From a bacterium (GTDB taxonomy: Bacteria; UBA8248; JACPRG01; G963555815): 64,000 nucleotides of DNA. Shown piece by piece: positions 1 through 8,601 of this stretch (the stretch's first letter is position 1; the number at the start of each line of letters is the position of its first letter). The translations under genes and the position numbers were made by a program. Location of the stretch: positions 512,001 through 576,000 of the forward strand of contig OZ244653.1 of assembly GCA_965218795.1 (NCBI GenBank), given 5' to 3'. The notes beneath the pieces were generated by a model. The model had not been told where the DNA came from. It saw nothing but the letters and a program-made list of their open reading frames with translations, and searched no databases.

Positions 1-721
1 GATCAACGCCGGCAGGATGCCGGAGTTAGACGACGCCGAGGACGGAAGCGACTTCTATTTCGTGCCGGCGGAGGACCCCGAGCAGGCGGTCGAGCGCATT
101 CTGACCCTGGTTCGGGAGCGCATTCCCCGCCGGTTCGGCCTGGATCCGGTGCGCGACATCCAGGTGCTGTGCCCGATGAACCGTGGGGGCGCCGGCGCGA
201 GGTCTCTCAATATCGAGTTGCAGGCGGCGCTGAACCCCGCCGGGGAGGAGAAGGTCGAGCGCTTCGGCTGGACCTTCGCGCCAGGGGACAAGGTCATGCA
301 GGTCGAGAACGACTATGGCAAGGATGTCTACAACGGCGACATCGGAAGCGTGGAAGCCGTCGATGCGGTGGAGGGTGAGCTGATCGCGGGGTTCGACGGC
401 CGCAGGGTGTCCTATGGCTTCGGGGAGTTGGACATGCTGGTCCTTGCCTATGCGGCGACGGTGCACAAGAGCCAGGGTTCTGAATATCCTGCCGTGGTCC
501 TCCCCGTGCTGACGCAGCACTACGCCATGCTCCAGCGCAACCTGCTCTACACCGGGATCACGCGCGGCAAGCGCCTTGTTGTGCTCGTCGGCCAGAAGAA
601 GGCCGTGGCCATCGCGGTCAGGAACGTCTCCGGCAGGCGTCGCTGGTCGAAGCTCGATGAGTGGCTGCGGGTTTGCAAGCATCTCATGTTGAAGGAGGCC
701 CTACCCGTCGTTGGCGATTGA
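1..721 (+). CDS. RecD2/TraA-like SF1B DNA helicase, C-terminal part (5' end outside window)
   Basis: Motifs IQVLCPMNRG, GDKVMQVENDY..VYNGDIG, LAYAATVHKSQGSEY, RNLLYTGITRGK. Confidence 0.9.
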   Translation, partial: INAGRMPELDDAEDGSDFYFVPAEDPEQAVERILTLVRERIPRRFGLDPVRDIQVLCPMNRGGAGARSLNIELQAALNPAGEEKVERFGWTFAPGDKVMQVENDYGKDVYNGDIGSVEAVDAVEGELIAGFDGRRVSYGFGELDMLVLAYAATVHKSQGSEYPAVVLPVLTQHYAMLQRNLLYTGITRGKRLVVLVGQKKAVAIAVRNVSGRRRWSKLDEWLRVCKHLMLKEALPVVGD

Positions 722-805
722 AGCACTTGGCCTGAAAGGCTCAAGGCCAAGACCTGCGTCCTTCAAGGAGTCCAGTTTATCAATGAGTATTACTGGATTC
801 TAGAA

Positions 806-1019
806 GGAGGCGGAGGTGGCCCAGGCCCAGGGAAGACGGTCGTCCAGGTGTGCAAGCAGATCGGGGTGCCGAGCAGACCTACCTGGCGATGGAGGAAGGA
901 GTACGGTGGTCTGAGGATGGACCAAGCCCAACGTCTCAAGGCGCTGGAGAAGGAGAATGTCCGGCTGAAGAAGCGGGTGGCGACAGCCCTAAACTGTCCA
1001 CTGAAACGGGGTAAATCCA
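806..1019 (+). mobile_element. IS3-family remnant: degenerate orfA followed by a terminal IR
   Basis: WRKEYGGLRMDQAQRLKALEKENVRLKK is IS3 OrfA-like; 990-1019 reverse complement TGGATTTACCCCGTTTCAGTGGACAGTTTA resembles IS3/IS2-type ends. Confidence 0.75.
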
Positions 1020-1337
1020 AACCGACCCCACTGGTGCTACTACATGTTACGGACTATTTCGAAAGCCGATCACGCTGGCAAGTCGGCGGTTCCAGGCGTT
1101 GATCGAAAGGATCTTTTCGAGATTAACATAGTAGTACTGCCTCTCGAAGAGCAGGATGTAATTGTCGAGGAGGTCGAGAAGACATTAGCTGGGCTTGAAG
1201 CTGTCGTGATTACGACCCGCCGCCAAATCGACCTTCTCCGGGAGTACCGTACCCGCTTGATTGCCGACGTGGTGACAGGCAAACTAGATGTGCGCGAGGC
1301 GGCGGCACAACTGCCGGACGAATCCGACGAGGCGTAG
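1020..1337 (+). pseudogene. hsdS: Type I R-M specificity subunit, C-terminal fragment truncated by the IS end
   Basis: PLEEQDVIV...QIDLLREYRTRLIADVVTGKLDVRE is the conserved HsdS C-terminal helix; no N-terminus. Confidence 0.8.
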
Positions 1338-1429
1338 CCACTTGGTGGCCCTGACAACGTAACGAGCGAGGCCGACGCCCCGGACCGGCGGTTCGCAGCG
1401 CGAGTCGCATCCAGAAAGGCCAAACGGAC

Positions 1430-2317
1430 ATGAGATTCGACAGTCCACTCAGGTATCCGGGAGGGAAAGCATCCCTTGCGGCATTTCTCACTCGGACAAT
1501 TGAACTGAATAACCTATCGGGTTGTTCGTATTTCGAACCCTTTGCCGGTGGCGCGGGCGCCGCGCTACGCCTCCTTCGCGAAGGTGTCGTCTCGGAGATC
1601 CGGCTGAACGATTTGGACCCTCGCATCACCGCCTTCTGGAAGGCTGTGCTGGATGAGCCGGAGCGGTTCGTCGACGCCATCCTGTCTGTTCCGGTGAGCA
1701 TTTCGGAATGGAAGAAACAACGGCACATCTGTCAGCGTGCTGATGCCAGCAAGCCCTTTGAACTTGGCTTCGCTGCTTTCTACTTGAACCGCTGTAATCG
1801 GTCCGGCGTCCTCCTCGGGGCAGGTCCCATTGGGGGTCATGCGCAAACAACGAAGTGGGGGATTAACGCTCGCTTCAACAGAGCAAACCTCGCGGAGCGC
1901 ATCCTCACGGTCTCGCGTAGACGTGAACAAATCCACATCACCAACATGGACGCCCTTGCGTTCCTCGTTACCCATCTCCCGCAGGGACGTGAACGGAAAC
2001 GCGTTTTTGGCTATCTGGACCCACCCTACTACTCAAACGGTAGCCGGCTCTATATGAATTTCTACACAGACCGAGACCACAGAGGCCTGGCCCGCTACAT
2101 ACAGCGGCAGCGGACCCTCAAGTGGGTGATGTCCTACGACGATACACATTTCATCAGAGGTCTGTACGCAGACTGTGTCATGTCCCATCTCTCGCTCCAG
2201 TACAGTCTCCAGCGAAAGCAACAGGCACAGGAACTTCTGATCGCGCCGGCCCATGTACGGCTTCCCGCCTTTGTTGCGCCAATTGACACACACCAGTGCA
2301 AAGCGGCGTCGGCTTAG
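1430..2317 (+). CDS. Dam-type (D12 class) N6-adenine DNA methyltransferase
   Basis: SPLRYPGGK, FEPFAGG (motif I), LNDLD, FYLNRCNRSG, YLDPPYY (motif IV), WVMSYD. Confidence 0.92.
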   Translation: MRFDSPLRYPGGKASLAAFLTRTIELNNLSGCSYFEPFAGGAGAALRLLREGVVSEIRLNDLDPRITAFWKAVLDEPERFVDAILSVPVSISEWKKQRHICQRADASKPFELGFAAFYLNRCNRSGVLLGAGPIGGHAQTTKWGINARFNRANLAERILTVSRRREQIHITNMDALAFLVTHLPQGRERKRVFGYLDPPYYSNGSRLYMNFYTDRDHRGLARYIQRQRTLKWVMSYDDTHFIRGLYADCVMSHLSLQYSLQRKQQAQELLIAPAHVRLPAFVAPIDTHQCKAASA

Positions 2318-2330
2318 GAAGGAGGATTCA

Positions 2331-3437
2331 ATGAATACCGAAGAGATCACACTGATGAACGTCTCTAATCTGGTATTCGATCTCAAGAACCCCCGGCTTC
2401 CTGAGTTTGACCTGACTGCAAACTCAACAGACGCCCAAGTGATACAGGTTCTATGGGAAGCGATGGATGTAAGAGAACTCGTAATGTCCATCGCAGCCAG
2501 TGGATTTTTTCGCCATGAACCCGTGATCGTCGCGCAGGAGAATGGAAAGAACGTCGTTATCGAAGGGAACCGCCGCCTCGCCGCAGTCAGAGTTCTTCTG
2601 GATCCAGAACTTGCCGAATCCCTGAAGGCGGATGATGTTCCTGACATCACCGAAGAAGACAAGGAAGCACTCAAAGAGCTTCCCACTGTGCTTGGTGCCC
2701 GCGAAGATGCTTGGCGCTATCTCGGCTTCAAGCACGTGAACGGGCCGGCCAAATGGAGTAGCTACGCCAAGTCTCGATACATTGCTGATGTGCACAGGAG
2801 TTTCGGAGTCGAACTTGGAGACATCGCGAAGCAGATTGGCGACACCCATAGGACCGTCCAGAGACTTTTTCGCGGCCTGATGGTCGTTGAGCAGGCGGAG
2901 CAGATGAAAGTATTCAGTCGCCACGACCGTTGGCGAAACCATTTTTCGTTTTCTCATCTCTACACCGGCCTCGACTACGACGGGATCAGCACCTTTATCG
3001 GCTTGGGACCGGAGACCGAGGAGGATCAGGAGCCGGTTCCCGTCGAGAAGAAGGAAGAACTCGGTGAGCTTTGCCTCTGGATGTACGGCAGTAAGAAGGA
3101 GAAGATGCCTCCCGTCATCGAGACACAGAACCCGCATCTCCGGCAGCTCGACGCAGTCGTGAGCAACATGGAAGCTCTCACCGCCCTTCGGAGTGGTCAC
3201 GACCTCACCTATGCCTACGAGGCGAGCCGTCCATCATCCACTGTCTTCGAGGAATCGCTGCTTGCCTCGAAACGGGATCTTCAGAAGGCGCACAGTTTGC
3301 TTTCCGTTGGCTACGATGGTTCCGAGGGACTGCTCAGAATTGCCGACACGGTGGCGGAACTCGCGGATGACCTTTACAAGGCGATGGACAGGAAGCGCAA
3401 TCCGCGGAGGAAGAGACGTACCGCGGAGGATGGTTGA
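2331..3437 (+). CDS. ParB/sulfiredoxin-like N-terminal domain protein
   Basis: GGAGG RBS before ATG 2331; DLKNPRL, VIEGNRRLAA ParB/Srx-like motif; later region may contain an HTH. Confidence 0.75.
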   Translation: MNTEEITLMNVSNLVFDLKNPRLPEFDLTANSTDAQVIQVLWEAMDVRELVMSIAASGFFRHEPVIVAQENGKNVVIEGNRRLAAVRVLLDPELAESLKADDVPDITEEDKEALKELPTVLGAREDAWRYLGFKHVNGPAKWSSYAKSRYIADVHRSFGVELGDIAKQIGDTHRTVQRLFRGLMVVEQAEQMKVFSRHDRWRNHFSFSHLYTGLDYDGISTFIGLGPETEEDQEPVPVEKKEELGELCLWMYGSKKEKMPPVIETQNPHLRQLDAVVSNMEALTALRSGHDLTYAYEASRPSSTVFEESLLASKRDLQKAHSLLSVGYDGSEGLLRIADTVAELADDLYKAMDRKRNPRRKRRTAEDG

Positions 3438-4363
3438 TGTTCAAGTGGCCGGGGACACCATCCGATCAAGCATCCAAACACGAACTTGCGGACTACGCCG
3501 AGTTGGTTTGCTGGAAGCAAGGCAGCACGTCGGTGACTGCCCTATCCGCCGACCTCGGCAGGCTTGAAGAAAACGACCACTCTGACGGTGTGCGGGAAGA
3601 GGAAGAAACAGATGAATTCGTCACAGCAGCATGCGAGGAGATCGAACAACGCGGAGAGGCGTGTAGAGGCGGCTATCCGTATGTGATCGGCAAACAGGGA
3701 TACTCACTTCGTGACAACCAAGAAACTGAAAACCACAGACACATCATTTACAAGTACCTGCTCCTGGCGACCCGGATGAACATGAAAGACAACCGGGTTC
3801 ATGCAGATATTGACGGTACGCTTCTGTTGGAGCAGCTCGCCGCCGATGTGGCGCGAGAGTATCTTGGCGCCCGTGCGGAGAGTTTTGTCTTTGGTACTGC
3901 CGCGGGGATGACTGATTTCTCAAAAAAGGTTGACGATCTTTGCGTCCGAATGAAGGAGGGTGATTCCTTCGTGAACCGTGACGAGGCCCCGCCGAACGAG
4001 AAGGATGGCAAGCTCGATGTTGTGGTGTTGAAACACTTCACGGACGGTCTGCCAGGAAAACTTATTGCTTTTGGGCAGTGCAAGACGGGAACCAACTACA
4101 GGGATACACTTACCCAGCTTCAGCCCGGTTCATTCTGCGACAAATGGTTGCACTCACCCCTCGCTCTCACCCCAGTGCGAATGTTCTTCATTTCAGAGGC
4201 TTTGTCTCGGGAAAGGCGGTTCACCATCGCACGCGACGCTGGCTTGCTGTTCGACCGGTGCCGGATTGTCGATTTCTGTGATTACATCAGCGCAGACGTA
4301 TTGAAGACAGTAAAGGTCTGGACAGCGGCGGCCGCAGCCAAGGTGATGAAATTGCCCGGTTGA
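3434..4363 (+). CDS. Hypothetical protein with putative PD-(D/E)xK restriction-endonuclease-like motif
   Basis: Overlaps upstream stop; KDGKLDVV...FGQCKTG resembles the D...QxK motif of Mrr-like nucleases. Confidence 0.55.
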   Translation: MMFKWPGTPSDQASKHELADYAELVCWKQGSTSVTALSADLGRLEENDHSDGVREEEETDEFVTAACEEIEQRGEACRGGYPYVIGKQGYSLRDNQETENHRHIIYKYLLLATRMNMKDNRVHADIDGTLLLEQLAADVAREYLGARAESFVFGTAAGMTDFSKKVDDLCVRMKEGDSFVNRDEAPPNEKDGKLDVVVLKHFTDGLPGKLIAFGQCKTGTNYRDTLTQLQPGSFCDKWLHSPLALTPVRMFFISEALSRERRFTIARDAGLLFDRCRIVDFCDYISADVLKTVKVWTAAAAAKVMKLPG

Positions 4364-4429
4364 TAACGTTTAGAGGAACCATGACAGCAAAAGGACGAGA
4401 CAAGAGAGATGTAGGGGGCCGGCGGACGA

Positions 4430-4998
4430 GCGGGCCAATCGTTCGAGCAATGTCCCGGAAATGACGGCAGCGTGAGCCGCGCTGGTCGGGCTGATGGACC
4501 GTTACCTTCGCGGCCTGCTGGATCCGTTCGTAACGCTGCTGGAAGTGCACAAGCTTCTGTATTTCATACAGGAATCTGGTGAGCGCTTGCAACTCAAATA
4601 TCAAAAGGCACTCTACGGACCTTATACCGAGAATTTGCGGCACGTCCTGCACAAGGTTGAAGGACATTTCATCTCCGGTTACGCCGATGGCGGCGATAAA
4701 CCCGGCAAGCAACTTGAACTTGTCCCCGGCGCAATCGAGGACGCGACTGTCTTTCTTGAGGGTCACCCGAAAACGCGCGCAACGTTTCAATAAGGTCGCC
4801 GATCTGGTCGAAGGGTTCGAGTCGCCCTTCGGGCTGGAATTGCTTTCCACGGTTCACTGGGTCGTCAGCCGGGAACAGGCACGGATCTCTGATGACGTAA
4901 TAGCCCGCACGTACGCCTGGAACGAGAGAAAGAGACAGTTCTCCCGGCGCCAGATCGGGATCGCATTCGGTGTTTTATCGGAGAAGGACTGGATTTAG
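4430..4998 (+). pseudogene. darG: DarG-type antitoxin C-terminal region with internal stop and frameshift
   Basis: RANRSSNVPEMTAA*AALVGLMDRYL..LLEVHKLLYFIQE..YGPY, frameshift near 4780, LVEGFESPFGLELLSTVHWV; macrodomain and darT absent. Confidence 0.7.
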
Positions 4999-5021
4999 CA
5001 TCCCGACATGCCGGATTCCCC

Positions 5022-5078
5022 ATGACCACCGACACCAGCGAAAAGGGGCTTGAGCGCCTCATCTGCATGGCCCTGGGC
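5022..5078 (+). pseudogene. hsdR: Type I restriction subunit R, N-terminal stub
   Basis: MTTDTSEKGLERLIC resembles HsdR N-termini; position after hsdS/darG; fused to an IS remnant. Confidence 0.55.
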
Positions 5079-5207
5079 TACCTCAGCTCCAACGACTTCG
5101 AGCACGCCGCGGCGAAGGAAACGCCACGTGTGGTGCGCAACGCTCATCGTCCACCTCAGGACTGGGGGCGACAGTCATAAACTGTCCACGAAATCGGGGT
5201 AAATCCA
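5070..5207 (+). mobile_element. IS3-family 3' remnant with terminal IR
   Basis: ALGYLSSNDFE resembles an IS3 transposase C-terminus; 5178-5207 TAAACTGTCCACGAAATCGGGGTAAATCCA nearly identical to 990-1019. Confidence 0.7.
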
Positions 5208-5319
5208 CCAACTCGCAGCGCAGAAATTCCTGCATGGATTGGCGTTGCAACGCCGCGCGCGCAGCAAGCTCGTCGCGCACTTCCTCTGGGACGCCTCTGA
5301 TGGTGATTTGTACCGACAT
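5208..5319 (-). pseudogene. FitA-like ribbon-helix-helix antitoxin truncated by the IS end
   Basis: MSVQITIRGVPEEVRDELAARAALQRQSMQEFLR runs directly into the IS IR. Confidence 0.65.
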
Positions 5320-5682
5320 GAACTCATTATGCCATCAGAGACAGCGGTCAGCAAGCAATGGCAGCGTATGATAGCGGCCGCCGCGCCACCACAGGTGCAG
5401 CGTCGAGGTATGAACGTGCCGGATCGACCTTTCCCGCGCCACGGGCTTCGATACTTATGTATTGAGACGGTAATCACCTGACAGTGCCGCCCAAATGGAG
5501 GACCTCGTTGCCGAGTTACGCCGCACCCGGTCTCCAACCCGGTCTGTACGGCAAGGCGAACGTTCACCGCTGGCCCATCCCGATTGCACGTCCCCTTCGA
5601 TTGAGCCGAACCGCCCCGAGGCCGCGTTTGCACTCGGCACGTCCTGACGGTCTGCCCGGCCGCCGCAGGCAGGCGTTCGCCC

Positions 5683-8601
5683 CTATAGATCCAGGTCCAT
5701 TCCGATTCGCTTCCCGCGTACCGGAGGCGCGGGTTCCCGCTCGTTGTCGGTCGAGATGTCCGAGCCACGGTCTGCCTCCCGAGGCGGTTGGATCTGTCGA
5801 TCCCTTGTCCGGTCGGGCTTTGCTTCCCGCGCCTTCCCGTCCATTTGCGGCGCCGGCTGCGTAGCCTCGCCGATCCCTTCCAGCGCCGAGACGCGCTCGC
5901 CGGTGACGGCTTCGAGTTGCTCCCGTAGCCCATTCTTGTCGTCGGTCACGAGTTCCGCCCGATCGCGGGCCCGGCTGATCTCCACATAGAAGCTCTTCTG
6001 CGTGGTGAGATGGGGGTGGTTGGCCTCCATCGCCGCGATGACGTTATCCACCGTTCTGCCCTGGAAGGCATGTACGGTCGAGGCCCAGGCATGGTCGAGA
6101 TGACGCAGTTGCGGGTCGTTGGCGCCCAGTTCCAGTTTGCGCCCGTTTTCGAGCTGAAACGTGACGCGGCCGTTCGCGACCGAAGCGACCTCGGCCGTGC
6201 GGCTGTTGACCAGCCCCAGGCCGGCATCGTTGCGGGTCCAGCGGATGCGGTCGCCCGCACGGAGTTCGATCTCCTCGGCCCGGTAGACCTCGGTTCCGCC
6301 GTTCCGCCCGCCGATCTCGCCCGGTTTCCAGGGCACGGTTTCGCCGTCCCTGCCTTCGAGCAGCACCGTGCGGGCCTCGTGGTCGACCCCTGAGATGATG
6401 CGCTCCTCTCCCTTCTCGACCCCGAGGCGCTTGTAGGGACGGTGGAAGGCCACCACGTCGCCCGGCCCGTAGTTGGCCGCGAGCGCCTTCTCGGCGTTGG
6501 TGTAGCCGTGCGAGACCAGCCGCTCGCTCTGCATCGCGGGTCCGTGAATGCAGCCCTCGCGGGCGAGACGCTCGCGGATATGGGCATTGATCCGTTGCCG
6601 TAGCTCATGGCTCGGGGCCATCACCCCGGTGTTCTCGCGCGCCTCCGGGGAGAGCTTGAGCCAGCGCGCCGCCACCGCGCCGGCGATATTGTCCGCCTTC
6701 ACCTCGGCGACATTGGCCCCGAGCTTGTCGAACGCCTTGCCGATCTCGCCCGCGAGACTCGCCTCGACCGCGGCTTTCAGGTCTGGGTCGCGCTGGCGCA
6801 TGATCTCGTCCATGGTCGCGGTCTTCATGCCAGCCTGCTGCAGCTGCGCGAACGGTTTGCCCGCATCCACCGCATCGAGCTGCTTGCGGTCGCCGACCAG
6901 CACCACACGTGGAAGGCGCAAGGTGTTGGCGACCCTCAGGAGGTCGCGGGCCTGGGCCGTGGAGGCGAGGGAGCCCTCGTCCACCACCAGCACGGTCTTC
7001 TTGAACGCCGCCCGCATCTCCCTCTCGCCCTTCCGGGTGAGCCGCCCCTCGGCGATCCCGGCGTTGCGTGCGAGGAAGCGTTGCAGGGTCTCGCTCTCGA
7101 TCCCGGCCTCTGCCGCCAGGGTCTTCACCGCCGAGGCCGAAGGGGCCAGTCCGATCATGCGGTAGCCGTTCTTGGCTGCGAGCGCTCGGGCGCGGTTCAG
7201 CATGGTGGTCTTGCCGGTCCCGGCATAACCCTGCACGCCGACGACGCGGTCTTTTTCCGAGAGGATCAGCTTGACCGCGTCCTTCTGTCCCGCCGTGAGC
7301 GGCCCCTTGTGCAGATGCGCCTGGACCATCCAGCTCCGCATGGGCGCCCGGCCGCGGTTCTCGCCGCCGTGCATGAGCGCAATGGTCTCGCGTTCGTCGG
7401 CGACCGCCTTGTCCGTGGTCATGCCGTCGCCGCCTTCGAGCGCCGGAGCGGCATGGAGCCGGCCTTCCTTGCGCAGGTCCTCGACGGCCCGTTCGGCGGC
7501 CTCCACGGAGACCGCGCCGGGGTCCCGGGCGAGGGCCGCGGCGAGAAGACCGGTGCGCGGGAACACCGCCTCGCGCTCGGAGAGATGCGCCACCGCCCAT
7601 TCCACGGCTTCCCCGGCCAGCCCCCGGTCCTGAGACGTCTCGCGAGCCGCACCGGCGCCTTCCCGGCCGGCGTCCTTGGCCATCGCTTCGGCCGCCAGGG
7701 CCTTCGCGTCGAACCCGAGGCCGGCGGCCTGCTTCTCCCAGATCCCCCGCAGCGCCGCTTTGTCCACCTCGCGCTTGTGGGCCCGGGTCATGAGCGCCGC
7801 GCGCTGGGCGAGACGTTGGTTCTCGGCGGGATCGCCCAGACCCCGTTCGGCCATGGCCGCCTCGATTTCCGCCCGCCGGGTCGAGAACGCCTCGATCACC
7901 ATGCGGGGAACGCCCGCGATCTCGAACCGCCCGTCCACATGGGTCTTCTCTACGCCATAGCCAAGTTTCGTCAGATCGCGCGCCAGCTCGCTCCGGTACA
8001 TGGCGCCGATCAGCATCTTCGAGGCATAGAGCCTCTCGTTGGACATGGTCCGCCACTTGCAGTCCGCGCCTTGGACCATGTTGGCGATCACCGAATGGGT
8101 GTGAAGCAGGGGATCGAGATTGCGCGAGGTGTCGTGCCGGAAGGTCGCGGCCACCATCTTCTGCTCGCCCGCGCGGACCATCCGTCCGGTCTCCGGGTCC
8201 TTCATGCGGGTCTCTGCGACGTTCCTCTCGACCCAGGCGAGGGTGCGCCTGACGGCCCGGTCATGGGCCTCGACGACGCGGACGTCGCCGCCGATGAGCG
8301 CGGTGAGGGAGACGGACTTGGGGGCGGAGAAGGTGAGATCCCTCCCGGGCCGGTGATGTAAGTCGCCCTGTTTGTCCTTGCGTCCGAGCCGGCGGCCGGA
8401 TCCGTCAGGCACCTTGCCCTCCAGCACCGCCTGGAAGGTGTCCGGATCGACCGGGCCTGAGAGGCCCAGGTCCTCCGCGCCCTTGCCGGCCCAGGCGCTC
8501 GCTTCCCTGTGGGCCGGGTCGTCCTTCGCGTAGTAGCCGTCCCGCTCGTAGTAGCTCGCGCCCTGGGACGGGGCCGCGACGGCGCCGATCGATGCGACCA
8601 T
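5683..8601 (-). CDS. traI: MOBF conjugative relaxase-helicase (TrwC/TraI type)
   Basis: YYERDGYY catalytic tyrosines, DLTFSAPKSVS, HDTSRNLDPLLHTH (HUH), Walker A GYAGTGKT, VDEGS, YVEISRAR. Confidence 0.95.
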   Translation of the reverse strand: MVASIGAVAAPSQGASYYERDGYYAKDDPAHREASAWAGKGAEDLGLSGPVDPDTFQAVLEGKVPDGSGRRLGRKDKQGDLHHRPGRDLTFSAPKSVSLTALIGGDVRVVEAHDRAVRRTLAWVERNVAETRMKDPETGRMVRAGEQKMVAATFRHDTSRNLDPLLHTHSVIANMVQGADCKWRTMSNERLYASKMLIGAMYRSELARDLTKLGYGVEKTHVDGRFEIAGVPRMVIEAFSTRRAEIEAAMAERGLGDPAENQRLAQRAALMTRAHKREVDKAALRGIWEKQAAGLGFDAKALAAEAMAKDAGREGAGAARETSQDRGLAGEAVEWAVAHLSEREAVFPRTGLLAAALARDPGAVSVEAAERAVEDLRKEGRLHAAPALEGGDGMTTDKAVADERETIALMHGGENRGRAPMRSWMVQAHLHKGPLTAGQKDAVKLILSEKDRVVGVQGYAGTGKTTMLNRARALAAKNGYRMIGLAPSASAVKTLAAEAGIESETLQRFLARNAGIAEGRLTRKGEREMRAAFKKTVLVVDEGSLASTAQARDLLRVANTLRLPRVVLVGDRKQLDAVDAGKPFAQLQQAGMKTATMDEIMRQRDPDLKAAVEASLAGEIGKAFDKLGANVAEVKADNIAGAVAARWLKLSPEARENTGVMAPSHELRQRINAHIRERLAREGCIHGPAMQSERLVSHGYTNAEKALAANYGPGDVVAFHRPYKRLGVEKGEERIISGVDHEARTVLLEGRDGETVPWKPGEIGGRNGGTEVYRAEEIELRAGDRIRWTRNDAGLGLVNSRTAEVASVANGRVTFQLENGRKLELGANDPQLRHLDHAWASTVHAFQGRTVDNVIAAMEANHPHLTTQKSFYVEISRARDRAELVTDDKNGLREQLEAVTGERVSALEGIGEATQPAPQMDGKAREAKPDRTRDRQIQPPREADRGSDISTDNEREPAPPVRGKRIGMDLDL

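Noticed and set aside
5320-5682. oriT next to the relaxase
   Set aside because: No recognisable MOBF nic sequence or convincing inverted repeat found by eye
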